Assembly: GCF_900079115.1 (NCBI RefSeq)
Contig: NZ_LT549890.1
Coordinates: forward strand, 2,760,001 to 2,792,000
Source of the DNA: Saccharolobus solfataricus
Lineage (GTDB): Archaea > Thermoproteota > Thermoprotei_A > Sulfolobales > Sulfolobaceae
DNA: 32,000 nucleotides
Direction: 5' to 3'
The notes under the pieces are model-generated. The model saw only the letters and a list, made by a program, of their open reading frames with translations. It was not told where the DNA came from and did no database searches. Below are positions 18,368 through 26,973 of this stretch, one piece after another. Made by a program: the position numbers and the translations under genes. Within the stretch, counting starts at the first letter, position 1. Each line of letters starts with the position of its first letter.

Positions 18368-18931
18368 ATGTCTCTTAACATACTGTTTTTAGAGTTTATA
18401 CTTGCATCATCTTTCCTATTAATTATTTCGACTGTATTGCAGTTTTACCTTGAATCTAAACTCCCTGGTTTAACTAAGGATTTAGATAAAGTAGTCTTTT
18501 TAGCTAAACTGGGTGCTTTACTATCTCTCATTAAGCTTCTATCTTCGGATAAGATTTCGGATATTCTTGAGGGCACGATGATTGCCGGTCCACTTAACAT
18601 TAAAATTGAAGAATTGAAAAACTATATCTCAGCGAATTGGGATAGCCTCAAGGGTTATATCAGTATATTGAACGAGAAGATTAAGGACGTAGACAGGATA
18701 ATCTTCTTATCTAAAGAAGTAAGCGTAACAATGTCGCATATAGTCAATGAGAACAAAATCTCTTTAGTTCTACTTTTTTGCTCTTCTTTATTTTTATTGT
18801 TAAATTTCGTGGGCATTGCCTTCTTATTTTCCGGATTAGCCTTTGGAATTCTAGCCATAGCAATTGCGTCTAGTTTAAATTGCGTGAAATACGTTGATGA
18901 GCTAAAAGACTTTTTCTCTAAATACGCTTGA
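18368..18931 (+). CDS. Hypothetical membrane protein (187 aa)
   Basis: N-terminal TM helix, a central ~90-aa helical/coiled segment, and two C-terminal TM helices (LVLLFCSSLFLLLNFVGIAFLFSGLAFGILAIAIASS). Confidence 0.5.
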   Translation: MSLNILFLEFILASSFLLIISTVLQFYLESKLPGLTKDLDKVVFLAKLGALLSLIKLLSSDKISDILEGTMIAGPLNIKIEELKNYISANWDSLKGYISILNEKIKDVDRIIFLSKEVSVTMSHIVNENKISLVLLFCSSLFLLLNFVGIAFLFSGLAFGILAIAIASSLNCVKYVDELKDFFSKYA

Positions 18932-18980
18932 TATCGTTAAGAATTAGTATTTTAATATCTGATTTAACTTTACTTTAAAT

Positions 18981-19853
18981 GTGGTATATAGACAGTGTAT
19001 AAGATGGAAAAAGGGGCTAGTGAATACGCAGTGTGAGATAGAGGTTCAAATTAGTGATGATGATGAAGTTTACGTTATAAAAAATGGGATAGTTAAAAGA
19101 GTTAAAGGAGAAAACGATATCATACCCTATATAAACACCATTTCCCCTGCATTTAGAGCATTAGTGTTAAGTAAATTGCCCAATAATATGTCAGAAAACC
19201 TTTACAGATTGGTGTACAAAACACAACCATTTGGTGAGATAAGGAAAGTCTCAGATAGGACCTATTCCATATGGGGTGGACATTATCCAAGTTTCGTTAC
19301 TTTCCTAAACTTACCTTCAGAAGTAATAAAATATCTACCACCTTCTAGAATGATTGAGATAGACCCGCAATACTATGCCCACATAGAACCTTTATATAAA
19401 TCAATGGAAAAACACTCAGAATGGGCTAACGATACAGCCTATTTCTATGGAAATCAAGTTTGCATAGCATTAAGGGGGTGTACTTCCTTTGGAGATGAAG
19501 CATATAGTGTAAAAGACATTGATCAGAATTTGAACGTTATAAAACTATGGCTATTTCACATTATACTAGGTTCTGGGACAATTGTGATTAATGGTGGTGT
19601 AAAAAGTCTGGAAAAGTTCTTAATGCTAAGATATGACAAAGGATTTGAATTTTTGGAAAGTAAGGAAGAAGCTGGAAAATTGGAAATAGAGATTAATGAT
19701 AGGAAAATAAAAATAACGTTAAACGATGATGAGCTATTAAGTTTAGACTATACCTCCTCTCGTTATATTAAGTTTTCATACCCATTAAGCTGGAAGAGTA
19801 GATATTCAATTTCAGATTTTGTATCCTCTTTAAAAATGTGGAAGGGAAGTTAA
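18981..19853 (+). CDS. Hypothetical protein (290 aa), start uncertain
   Basis: Long ORF 49 bp after the previous gene on the same strand. The first candidate start is GTG at 18981, and there is no in-frame ATG for about 68 codons. Cys pairs occur at C-x11-C and C-x6-C. No family motif recognised. Confidence 0.45.
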   Translation: MVYRQCIRWKKGLVNTQCEIEVQISDDDEVYVIKNGIVKRVKGENDIIPYINTISPAFRALVLSKLPNNMSENLYRLVYKTQPFGEIRKVSDRTYSIWGGHYPSFVTFLNLPSEVIKYLPPSRMIEIDPQYYAHIEPLYKSMEKHSEWANDTAYFYGNQVCIALRGCTSFGDEAYSVKDIDQNLNVIKLWLFHIILGSGTIVINGGVKSLEKFLMLRYDKGFEFLESKEEAGKLEIEINDRKIKITLNDDELLSLDYTSSRYIKFSYPLSWKSRYSISDFVSSLKMWKGS

Positions 19854-21034
19854 ATTACAGCAAGTATTCCACCAATGAGTATCATTGCAACTGTAATCCA
19901 ATAAACGAGCATTCTAGTTCTCCCGTACGCATAGTTCATCATCAAATTCTTGTCCTTTACTAGCATTCCAATCAACACACATGGAATTACAACTATAAAC
20001 GGGGCTATCGACATTAAAGTTAGGGCAAAGTTAACAACATTATCGTAATTATTCGTGAAAAGTAATGTGATTACAAGTGCAGGAATTGACTCAGAAATGT
20101 ATAGTAGTATAAAGTTGTTAAAACTATTTTTACCTAAGGCTTCTAAAGTCCCCCATGCACTTCCTAGAGACTCTACTATTAACGCCAGAAAAGCTGCACA
20201 AATTAATCCAATTCCAAATATATAGGGAGAGAAGGGTCCAGAAACTAATGACAGAGCATATGAGATTTCCTTATAGTTTAAAGGGTCCACTGATGGCGAA
20301 ATTCCAGTAGTAGCCATTTCTATTGCTACCATTATTAATTCTGATACTATTGCTCCAATAAGTGTCTCTATGGAGGACCACTTTATCTTAGTCTCTATTG
20401 AGGACTCTACGTTTTGGTACTTATAAGAGGTGGCTGAAGTTTGGTAAAATATCATAAACGGCATTATTACGGCACCAATATTTGCGGCAACTAAAAACGT
20501 AAAGGATTTAGAAGGAGAGAAGTAAAGTACGTTTTCGCCATTTACAATACCCCTTAACATTGCTTGAAGTACAAAGGCAACAGCTAAAAGTAAAGATATT
20601 GGAAGTAAGAATTTCTCTATTTTCTCGTACTTCCTAGTTGATATTATAACCAGATGGAATACAAAGAAAATTGGAAGAGTTATATATGGTGGGATCCCTA
20701 ATACTAACCCTCCAACCGCTATTCCAACATATTCGACTATGTAAGTAAACACGTCGACTACAAACATTGAGAGAGATGCAAGCAACGCTATTTTACCAGA
20801 ATATCTCTCCCTAATTATCTCGCCAAGACCTTTACCGTTATTTACAGCACCTAATCTTCCAGCAGCCTCTTGAATAATATATAAGGGAATGGATAAAAGT
20901 AGCAATAACCAGATCAGTCTGTATCCGTATTCTTGACCATTTGCTACTCCAGTTAATACACTGGCAGCATCAACATCTGCCATCATTACAATCCATGCCG
21001 GACCGAAAAGTCTGATTACCTCTTTAATGCTCAC
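19850..21034 (-). CDS. mntH: NRAMP-family (MntH-like) membrane transporter with divergent metal-site motifs
   Basis: [33 protein letters not shown] aligns with E. coli MntH [47 protein letters not shown] aligns with GATIMPHVIYLHSS. About 11 TM helices. GTG start with a TATA-like block about 30 nt upstream. Confidence 0.75.
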   Translation of the reverse strand: [394 protein letters not shown]

Positions 21035-21093
21035 ATTATAATCTCGTTATACTCAGTATATATATTCTTTACGCCTAATCGTAAATGTATATG

Positions 21094-21113
21094 TTTGTTT
21101 ATGATGAAACAAA
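21094..21113. promoter_or_regulatory. 20-bp palindrome tttgttt-atgatg-aaacaaa in the mntH-like / hbd divergent control region
   Basis: 7-bp perfect arms read directly. It lies 60 bp upstream of the transporter start and 39 bp upstream of the dehydrogenase ATG. Confidence 0.35.
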
Positions 21114-21151
21114 GCTTCACTTTAAATTCTTAAAATCATAATATATCTCTC

Positions 21152-22306
21152 ATGAGTATAAAAAAGATAGGTGTAGTTGGAGCAGGAACAATGGGTCACG
21201 GAATTGCGGAAGTTTCAGCACTAGCTAACTATAATGTGAGTGTAGTAGATATATCTTGGGATTTTTTAAATAGGGCAAAGGAGAGGATAATGGAATCATT
21301 AAACAAGTTTTACGAAAAGGGACAAATAAAGGAAAAACCAGAAGATATAATGAAAAGAATTGAATTTTCAACTTCTTATGATGTAATGCGAGATGCGGAT
21401 TTTGTTATAGAGGCGGTACCTGAAATTATAGAGCTCAAAAGAAAGGTATTTGAGACGTTAGATAGTATAACCCCTTCACATACATTTTTAGCCTCAAACA
21501 CTTCATCAATCCCTATATCAACTATAGCTGAAGTAACCAAGAGGAAGGAGAAAATAATCGGAATGCACTTCTTTAATCCCCCACCAATTATGAAGTTAGT
21601 AGAGATAGTTCCTAGTAAGTACACTTCTGACGAGACCATTGAAGTCACCATAGATTTAGCTAAAAAGATGAACAAAATACCAGTTAAGCTCAAGGTTGAA
21701 GTACCAGGTTTTGTTAGCAATAGAATATTTCTGAGATTAATGCAAGAGGCTTGCAGGGAGGTTGAAGATGGTGAAGCAACCATTGAGGAAGTTGATAGTG
21801 CAGCTAGGAATGGGCTCAAGTTACCCATGGGCATCTTTGAACTATCAGACTATGTGGGAATAGATGTTGCGGTGGATTTATGGAACGTGATAGTTAGTAG
21901 CGGTACTGCTCAAGATGTAAAGTGTGAAATGTATAAGAGGAAGTTTGAGGCTAAAGAATTAGGTGTTAAGACTGGGAAGGGATTCTATAATTATCCAGCT
22001 CCCGGGAAATATAGGAAAGTTGAATTACAAGTAACAAGTAAAGTTGACCCAGCTAGACTAATATCTTTAGCAGTAAATGAGGGAGCTTGGCTAATACAAA
22101 ATGGTATAGTGAATGCTAAAGATATAGACACTGTAATGATCTATGGCTTCAATTTCCCTAAGGGTTTAATGGAAATCGCTGATGAATTAGGTATAAGGAA
22201 TATTTACAACCATCTAGTTGATATTTATTCAAAGGGATATGTAGCGTATAGGCCTAATAGTTTGATTGAGGAGTTAATAAATACAAGTAAAGGTTTCTAT
22301 ATGTGA
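21152..22306 (+). CDS. 3-hydroxyacyl-CoA (3-hydroxybutyryl-CoA) dehydrogenase
   Basis: [16 protein letters not shown] (Rossmann), [20 protein letters not shown] and [10 protein letters not shown] are the classic 3HCDH blocks. The extra C-terminal ~100 aa look like a second 3HCDH C-domain repeat. Confidence 0.85.
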   Translation: MSIKKIGVVGAGTMGHGIAEVSALANYNVSVVDISWDFLNRAKERIMESLNKFYEKGQIKEKPEDIMKRIEFSTSYDVMRDADFVIEAVPEIIELKRKVFETLDSITPSHTFLASNTSSIPISTIAEVTKRKEKIIGMHFFNPPPIMKLVEIVPSKYTSDETIEVTIDLAKKMNKIPVKLKVEVPGFVSNRIFLRLMQEACREVEDGEATIEEVDSAARNGLKLPMGIFELSDYVGIDVAVDLWNVIVSSGTAQDVKCEMYKRKFEAKELGVKTGKGFYNYPAPGKYRKVELQVTSKVDPARLISLAVNEGAWLIQNGIVNAKDIDTVMIYGFNFPKGLMEIADELGIRNIYNHLVDIYSKGYVAYRPNSLIEELINTSKGFYM

Positions 22307-22369
22307 GTTTTTTCCTATCATAACTTCCAGTGAGTTAAAGGAGGAGAAAATCTCATTTCTTTGGTATGT

Positions 22370-23629
22370 TCATAACTCATAAGTTGGCCAATATTTTCTC
22401 ATTACCTCATCGTCTAGATCTATGCCCAATCCAGGGTCATCGGTAAGCTTAATCACACCATCTTCTATAATCTTTCTCTTCGGCTTAACGATCTCATTCC
22501 AAAATGGTACATCGTGACCATGAAATTCCACAAAACCGAATGTGTTTGCAATTGACCCTACATGGGCATGAGCCATAGTACCTATTGGTGATGCTATATT
22601 ATGAGGAGAGTATTCTATATCATACATGGCAGCTAATTCAGCTATTCTCCTTCCCTCGGTTATTCCACCAGCTTTAACTATATCCGGAGCCCACACTCTA
22701 ACTCCAGTATTGAGCAAATCCTTGAACTGATATACTGTATAGAGGTTCTCGCCAGTCTCTATCGGAACTGAACACTGAGAGGTCAACAACTTTAACTCGT
22801 CGTAATTGGAAACAGCCATTATTGCCGGCATTGGATCCTCTAGCCATCTTAGTCTATATGGTTCTAGTGCCTTACAAATCCTAATTGCAGTATTTAAATT
22901 ATATCTCCAATGCAAATCGAACATTATTTCGACCTCATCGCCAACGGACTCTCTAACTGCCTTTACTATATCTACCATGTAGTCGATATCTTTAAGAGAT
23001 AAATCTCCATTTCTTACTCTCCTTAAATCTATATAAGGTGTAGGTATGTCTAGATCAAATTTCATGGCTTTATAACCCTCGTTCTTCATCTTTAGAGCTC
23101 TCTTAGCGTATGCCTCAGGTGAATAATCTTCATTCCACTTTTCCATTGATAACCTACCATGAACTGGATTATTGGTTGTGATCAACCTATTTGTCTCCAC
23201 CTCAGCCTCCTTGATCCAAGGTAAATTAACTGGTAAGTGTAAAGCATTAATTGCTTCTAACCCTTTCCCTCCATGAGCGTCGACATAGACTGGTATTTCC
23301 GTCTTATCCCCACCTAGTAATTTGTATATTGGTACATTTAGGTATTTCCCAATAAGATCGTACAGTGCAATATTAATGGCTGAGATCAAGTGATATACAG
23401 TAGTTCCAGAGTATAGTGTAGCGTACCTGAGTTTCTCAGCTATCCTATTAACTTTGAATGCGTCTTCTCCAATTAGTAATTGTATAAACTCGCTTTCCAT
23501 TCCCTTTAAACCTGGCGCAGGACCTGCCTCACCAGTACCATATAAGTCTTTGGAGTAGATTCTCACAAAAGCCCATTCGAAATTGGCCTGAGCTACGAAA
23601 ACTTTGAAATCAGTAATTTTTAGTTCCAT
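22370..23629 (-). CDS. Enolase-superfamily enzyme (mandelate racemase/muconate-lactonising family), probable sugar-acid dehydratase
   Basis: Capping domain with AINIALYDLIGKYLNVPIYKLLGG. Barrel metal-ligand blocks MFDLHWRY, LRWLEDP and IETGENL, then APDIVKAGGITE and YSPHN. There is a long insertion after the capping domain (residues ~125-175). Confidence 0.8.
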   Translation of the reverse strand: MELKITDFKVFVAQANFEWAFVRIYSKDLYGTGEAGPAPGLKGMESEFIQLLIGEDAFKVNRIAEKLRYATLYSGTTVYHLISAINIALYDLIGKYLNVPIYKLLGGDKTEIPVYVDAHGGKGLEAINALHLPVNLPWIKEAEVETNRLITTNNPVHGRLSMEKWNEDYSPEAYAKRALKMKNEGYKAMKFDLDIPTPYIDLRRVRNGDLSLKDIDYMVDIVKAVRESVGDEVEIMFDLHWRYNLNTAIRICKALEPYRLRWLEDPMPAIMAVSNYDELKLLTSQCSVPIETGENLYTVYQFKDLLNTGVRVWAPDIVKAGGITEGRRIAELAAMYDIEYSPHNIASPIGTMAHAHVGSIANTFGFVEFHGHDVPFWNEIVKPKRKIIEDGVIKLTDDPGLGIDLDDEVMRKYWPTYEL

Positions 23630-23674
23630 AAAGTAATAAAGAAAACCTAAATAAAATAATCATATCTTAACCTT

Positions 23675-25282
23675 TTAACCTAAGTATGGGTTTGGCTGTT
23701 GTGGCTGAGGTTGTTGCTTTGCAGGAGCTGCAGCTATCATATCATCAATCTTTAAAATTGCAGTAGCTGCTTCTGTAGCACTCTTCAAAACTTGTTCCTT
23801 AACCTTTAGAGAGTCAATCACTCTAAGTTCAAGCATATTATCGTAAATCCTTGCCTTAGTAACGTCTATTCCAGCATTCTTTAACCCAGTTGCGTGTTTG
23901 TGTCTTATTTCGGTTAACGCGCTTATCGGATCCATACCAGCAGTTTCTGATAGTATTGAAACGTACTCTTCTAATGCATCTGCAAATGCATTAAATGCCA
24001 ATTGCTCCTTTCCTATAACCTTTCTTGCGTCATCTCTTAATCTCTTAGCTAACTCTTCTTCTACTGCTCCACCACCCGCTACTATATATGGTTCCAATAG
24101 TAAGTTTCTTATGGAGTTGAAGGCGTCATTTAAACTTCTCTCTGCTTCATCAGTTATCATGTTATTTGAGCCCTTTATTATTACAGTCACTGCTTTAGCT
24201 TTATCGGATTGGATGAAGAGATACTTGTTCTTTCCTAAATTTCTAACCTCTACTAATTTAGCTTCCCCTAAGTCACTTTCGTTAGCATCTTTCATACTAC
24301 TTGCAATTTTGGCACCAGTAGCCCTACTCAATAATTCTATGTCGCTTCTCTTTACGTTCTTTAATGCCATTATTCCATTTTTGCCCATTAAATATGAAGC
24401 AATTTCATCAATATCCTTTTGGGTAATAAATAATTTGACGCCCATTGCCTTTATCTTATCCACCATTTGCTTAACATAAGCCGTTTGTTCATCTAAGTAT
24501 CCCTTTATCTGAGTGGGATCGCTTATTCCCAACTTCATACTGATTTCTGTTTTTTCAAGTTTTAGTGGAAAGTCAGCTAACATCACTTTAACGTTTTCCA
24601 CTCTTTTCGGCATATTCTCATTGGTTGGCTCTTTATCTACAACGATTCCGTTTATTAGCTCACTATCATCGAATTCCCCGCCATTGACCTTTACAATCTT
24701 AATGTTCTTAATATCTAGATCATAACTTCCATCCCTTTTATCCAATACCGCTAACGAAGCGTCAATAACCAAGTTTATTATCTTCTCGAGAGTGTGCTCT
24801 GTGGAGAAGAACTTACTAGAAAGAGTAGTATATACTAAATCGTGAACTATCTTCCTATCCTCTGGACTAATCTTATCAGCTATATTTTTTAGCAATTCTA
24901 ATGATGAATTTAGTGCTTTCCTATAACCTTCAATTATTACCGTTGGATGAATCTTTTGATTTAATAAGTCTTCAGCCTTTTCTAACAGTAATCCAGCGAG
25001 GACAACTACTGAGGTTGTTCCATCCCCTACCTCGGTGTCAACAGTTTTTGCGGTTTCAATAAGTAATTTAGCAGTAGGATGCTGTACTTCCATGTTTTTC
25101 ACTATTGTAGCACCGTCATTAGTTATTGTAACGTCTTGCCCTTCAACCAACATTTTGTCCAAGCCCTTAGGACCTAGACTTGACTTTAGCATTTCTAGTA
25201 ATATTTTCGCTACTGCTATGTTGTTTAGTATTACCTCATTTCCAGTAGATCTTTGTGTTCCTTCTCTTAATAAATAGGCCAT
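23675..25282 (-). CDS. thsC: Thermosome (group II chaperonin) gamma subunit
   Basis: LGPKGLDKML, GDGTTSVVVLAG (ATP site) and IVAGGGAVEEELA. Recognised from memory as the S. solfataricus gamma subunit. The track start at 25294 is GTG; the ATG at 25282 (MAYLLREG) is preceded by ggagtga 8 nt upstream, so I use that. Confidence 0.92.
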   Translation of the reverse strand: MAYLLREGTQRSTGNEVILNNIAVAKILLEMLKSSLGPKGLDKMLVEGQDVTITNDGATIVKNMEVQHPTAKLLIETAKTVDTEVGDGTTSVVVLAGLLLEKAEDLLNQKIHPTVIIEGYRKALNSSLELLKNIADKISPEDRKIVHDLVYTTLSSKFFSTEHTLEKIINLVIDASLAVLDKRDGSYDLDIKNIKIVKVNGGEFDDSELINGIVVDKEPTNENMPKRVENVKVMLADFPLKLEKTEISMKLGISDPTQIKGYLDEQTAYVKQMVDKIKAMGVKLFITQKDIDEIASYLMGKNGIMALKNVKRSDIELLSRATGAKIASSMKDANESDLGEAKLVEVRNLGKNKYLFIQSDKAKAVTVIIKGSNNMITDEAERSLNDAFNSIRNLLLEPYIVAGGGAVEEELAKRLRDDARKVIGKEQLAFNAFADALEEYVSILSETAGMDPISALTEIRHKHATGLKNAGIDVTKARIYDNMLELRVIDSLKVKEQVLKSATEAATAILKIDDMIAAAPAKQQPQPQQPNPYLG

Positions 25283-25314
25283 GTTTTCTTTCACTCCGAC
25301 TCTACTATGTTTAG

Positions 25315-25326
25315 AAAAGTATAAAG
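25315..25326 (-). promoter_or_regulatory. Candidate TATA box (ctttatactttt on the minus strand) for thsC; implies a short SD-containing leader
   Basis: Located 33-44 nt upstream of the ATG at 25282. The SD-like ggagtga (25291-25297, minus strand) lies between it and the ATG. Confidence 0.4.
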
Positions 25327-25383
25327 TTTGTGTTTTATCGGAGTATCTGGATGGTGAAATAAAAATAGTGGAGAGTTTGAATT

Positions 25384-26748
25384 TCAGTTACGTCCAGACC
25401 ACTTCTTTTGTCTCCATATGGTCATAAGGGCGAATATATCTGCTAAGAACATTAACGGAAATGCCAATAGACCTAAAGCAAATCCCCTTATTTTCCTCGT
25501 ATATAATAGGATGGAAATAATCATTACTATGCTAACTATGGCTGATACTTCGCCCACAAGTGTATGGAAAACATAGAAATAATGGAATAGTATCATTTTT
25601 GCACTCAGTTTATTGTCGTAAATTAACATAATAGGATTAAAGTGATGTGGAAGAAAATGGTGAAATTTATTAGCAATAGGCGTGGGATCTATATTGAATA
25701 ACCTATCAATTCTAGATATTATGACGTTTTCTGTGAACCTAGCTGGGTCTGTCGTAATTGCCCTAACAATGAAATTCCAATGTTTAATTGCGTGTGACAA
25801 AATTATTTCAGTATATAAGCTATAGCTCAGTAATGTAAGTAAAGGTAACGCATACCAGTATAGTACTGTAAACATGTAAAAGAAACCCTTTTTAATGATT
25901 GTACCATCACCTATCTCTTTGATTAGGAAGAAGTTATTAGATCTATACCATCTCACCATTTGTTTTAACAAATCCCTAATTGTATCCGGTGCCTTAGTCT
26001 TGACTACTACATCATTGGTAACCGTTGCCTTATATCCCTTTGAATAGATGTAATTGGTTATTTGTCTATCATCACCTAGAATTGTAGAGAACCTCCATAA
26101 TTTAACACTATTAAATTCCTCAGACTCAACTAGCGATTTTATTACATCAGTTTTAGCTAGTATGCATTGACCATTAAGTGATACTATACTACCAAATCTA
26201 GCCAATGCCCTATAACTTATTTCCCTTAATCTTTGCATCATCTCTGAAATGTGGAAAGTTACCTTATTTCTGCCTGGCAATATCGAAATCTCTGGGCTAA
26301 CAGCAACTATATCCCCAGCTAATTTAGAGGATAGTATATCAATAGAGTTATCCGGGAGTATTGTGTCACTATCTAAAAGTAAGACATACGGGGTTTTAAC
26401 GTATTTGAATCCTTCTCTTATTGCCCTCCTTTTACCCATGTTCTTATCCAACTTAACGAACAAACCTCCTTTTGATATGGTTATACTTTTATATGGTTCA
26501 TCACACCCATCTCCAACAACAACAAAATTCAGATCTTGTTTTTTAACGGAATTTATAACTTCCTTAAACACATCAACATCCTCTTTATAAACTGGAATTA
26601 ATACAGTAATTTCGCTCCTTTTTATATTAGTTTGGGAGGACTTTGGTTTATATGTAAATGCAAGGGGTAAGGTAAATGAGATATATAGAATAGTAAAAAT
26701 GGAAATGAGCGAAGAGATGAGCAAATAAAGTGTAAAGTCAAGTCTCAT
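25384..26748 (-). CDS. Membrane-integrated processive family-2 glycosyltransferase, class I hyaluronan synthase / NodC / chitin-synthase-like
   Basis: Collinear with Streptococcus HasA as I recall it: VLIPVYKED, MGKRRA, LLLDSDT (DxD), GDDRQITNY (HasA GDDRCLTNY) and KQMVRWYRSNNFF (HasA KQQNRWNKSFF, the Q-x-x-RW processivity motif). One N-terminal and several C-terminal TM helices. The ORF is open to a GTG at 26796; I prefer the ATG at 26748 because a TATA-like ttttatatta (26779-26788) lies inside the extension. Confidence 0.8.
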   Translation of the reverse strand: MRLDFTLYLLISSLISIFTILYISFTLPLAFTYKPKSSQTNIKRSEITVLIPVYKEDVDVFKEVINSVKKQDLNFVVVGDGCDEPYKSITISKGGLFVKLDKNMGKRRAIREGFKYVKTPYVLLLDSDTILPDNSIDILSSKLAGDIVAVSPEISILPGRNKVTFHISEMMQRLREISYRALARFGSIVSLNGQCILAKTDVIKSLVESEEFNSVKLWRFSTILGDDRQITNYIYSKGYKATVTNDVVVKTKAPDTIRDLLKQMVRWYRSNNFFLIKEIGDGTIIKKGFFYMFTVLYWYALPLLTLLSYSLYTEIILSHAIKHWNFIVRAITTDPARFTENVIISRIDRLFNIDPTPIANKFHHFLPHHFNPIMLIYDNKLSAKMILFHYFYVFHTLVGEVSAIVSIVMIISILLYTRKIRGFALGLLAFPLMFLADIFALMTIWRQKKWSGRN

Positions 26749-26967
26749 ATAAGTCCGAGTATTAACTATAAACGCATTAATATAAAAGATTTTCACTAAT
26801 TTTTCTTTTCTGCTCGATATAGTAGTCCCTTATACTACATTTGTTTGAATATTTTTATTGAATATTTCTCGAACACATAAATACATAATCTATATACATA
26901 TTCACGTAAAAATATATCATTGTTACAAGCATAATTAGAACCTCCTTACACCAGAAAAAGATAGCAC

Positions 26968-26973
26968 AAAAAA
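26968..26973 (-). terminator. Oligo-T tract (tttttt on the minus strand) 18 nt after the gdh stop, followed by a second T5 at 26955-26959
   Basis: The plus strand reads cacaaaaaacc and cagaaaaag. Oligo-T runs are the usual archaeal termination signal. Confidence 0.35.

Noticed and set aside
21376-21834. 152-aa minus-strand ORF
   Set aside because: It is embedded antisense in the 3-hydroxyacyl-CoA dehydrogenase gene. Ser/Thr/Leu-rich shadow frame with no motif.
23675-23730. Gln/Pro-rich C-terminal tail of the thermosome gamma subunit (AAPAKQQPQPQQPNPYLG)
   Set aside because: It is a low-complexity tail in the flexible chaperonin C-terminus. It is a property of the known gamma subunit rather than a new feature.
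23898-25277. Plus-strand ORFs 23898-24479 (193 aa), 24513-24725 and 25035-25277
   Set aside because: They are antisense to the thermosome gene. The Ser/Leu/Ala/Phe-rich low-complexity translations are what the reverse frame of a Glu/Lys/Ala-rich chaperonin gene gives.
25283-25294. Upstream non-ATG starts used by the ORF track (thermosome GTG 25294; GT4 GTG 12186; GT2 GTG 26796; GH38 TTG 31977)
   Set aside because: In each case a downstream ATG gives a canonical family N-terminus and/or has a better SD or TATA context. The GH38 TTG is just the first possible start in a frame that stays open to the window edge.
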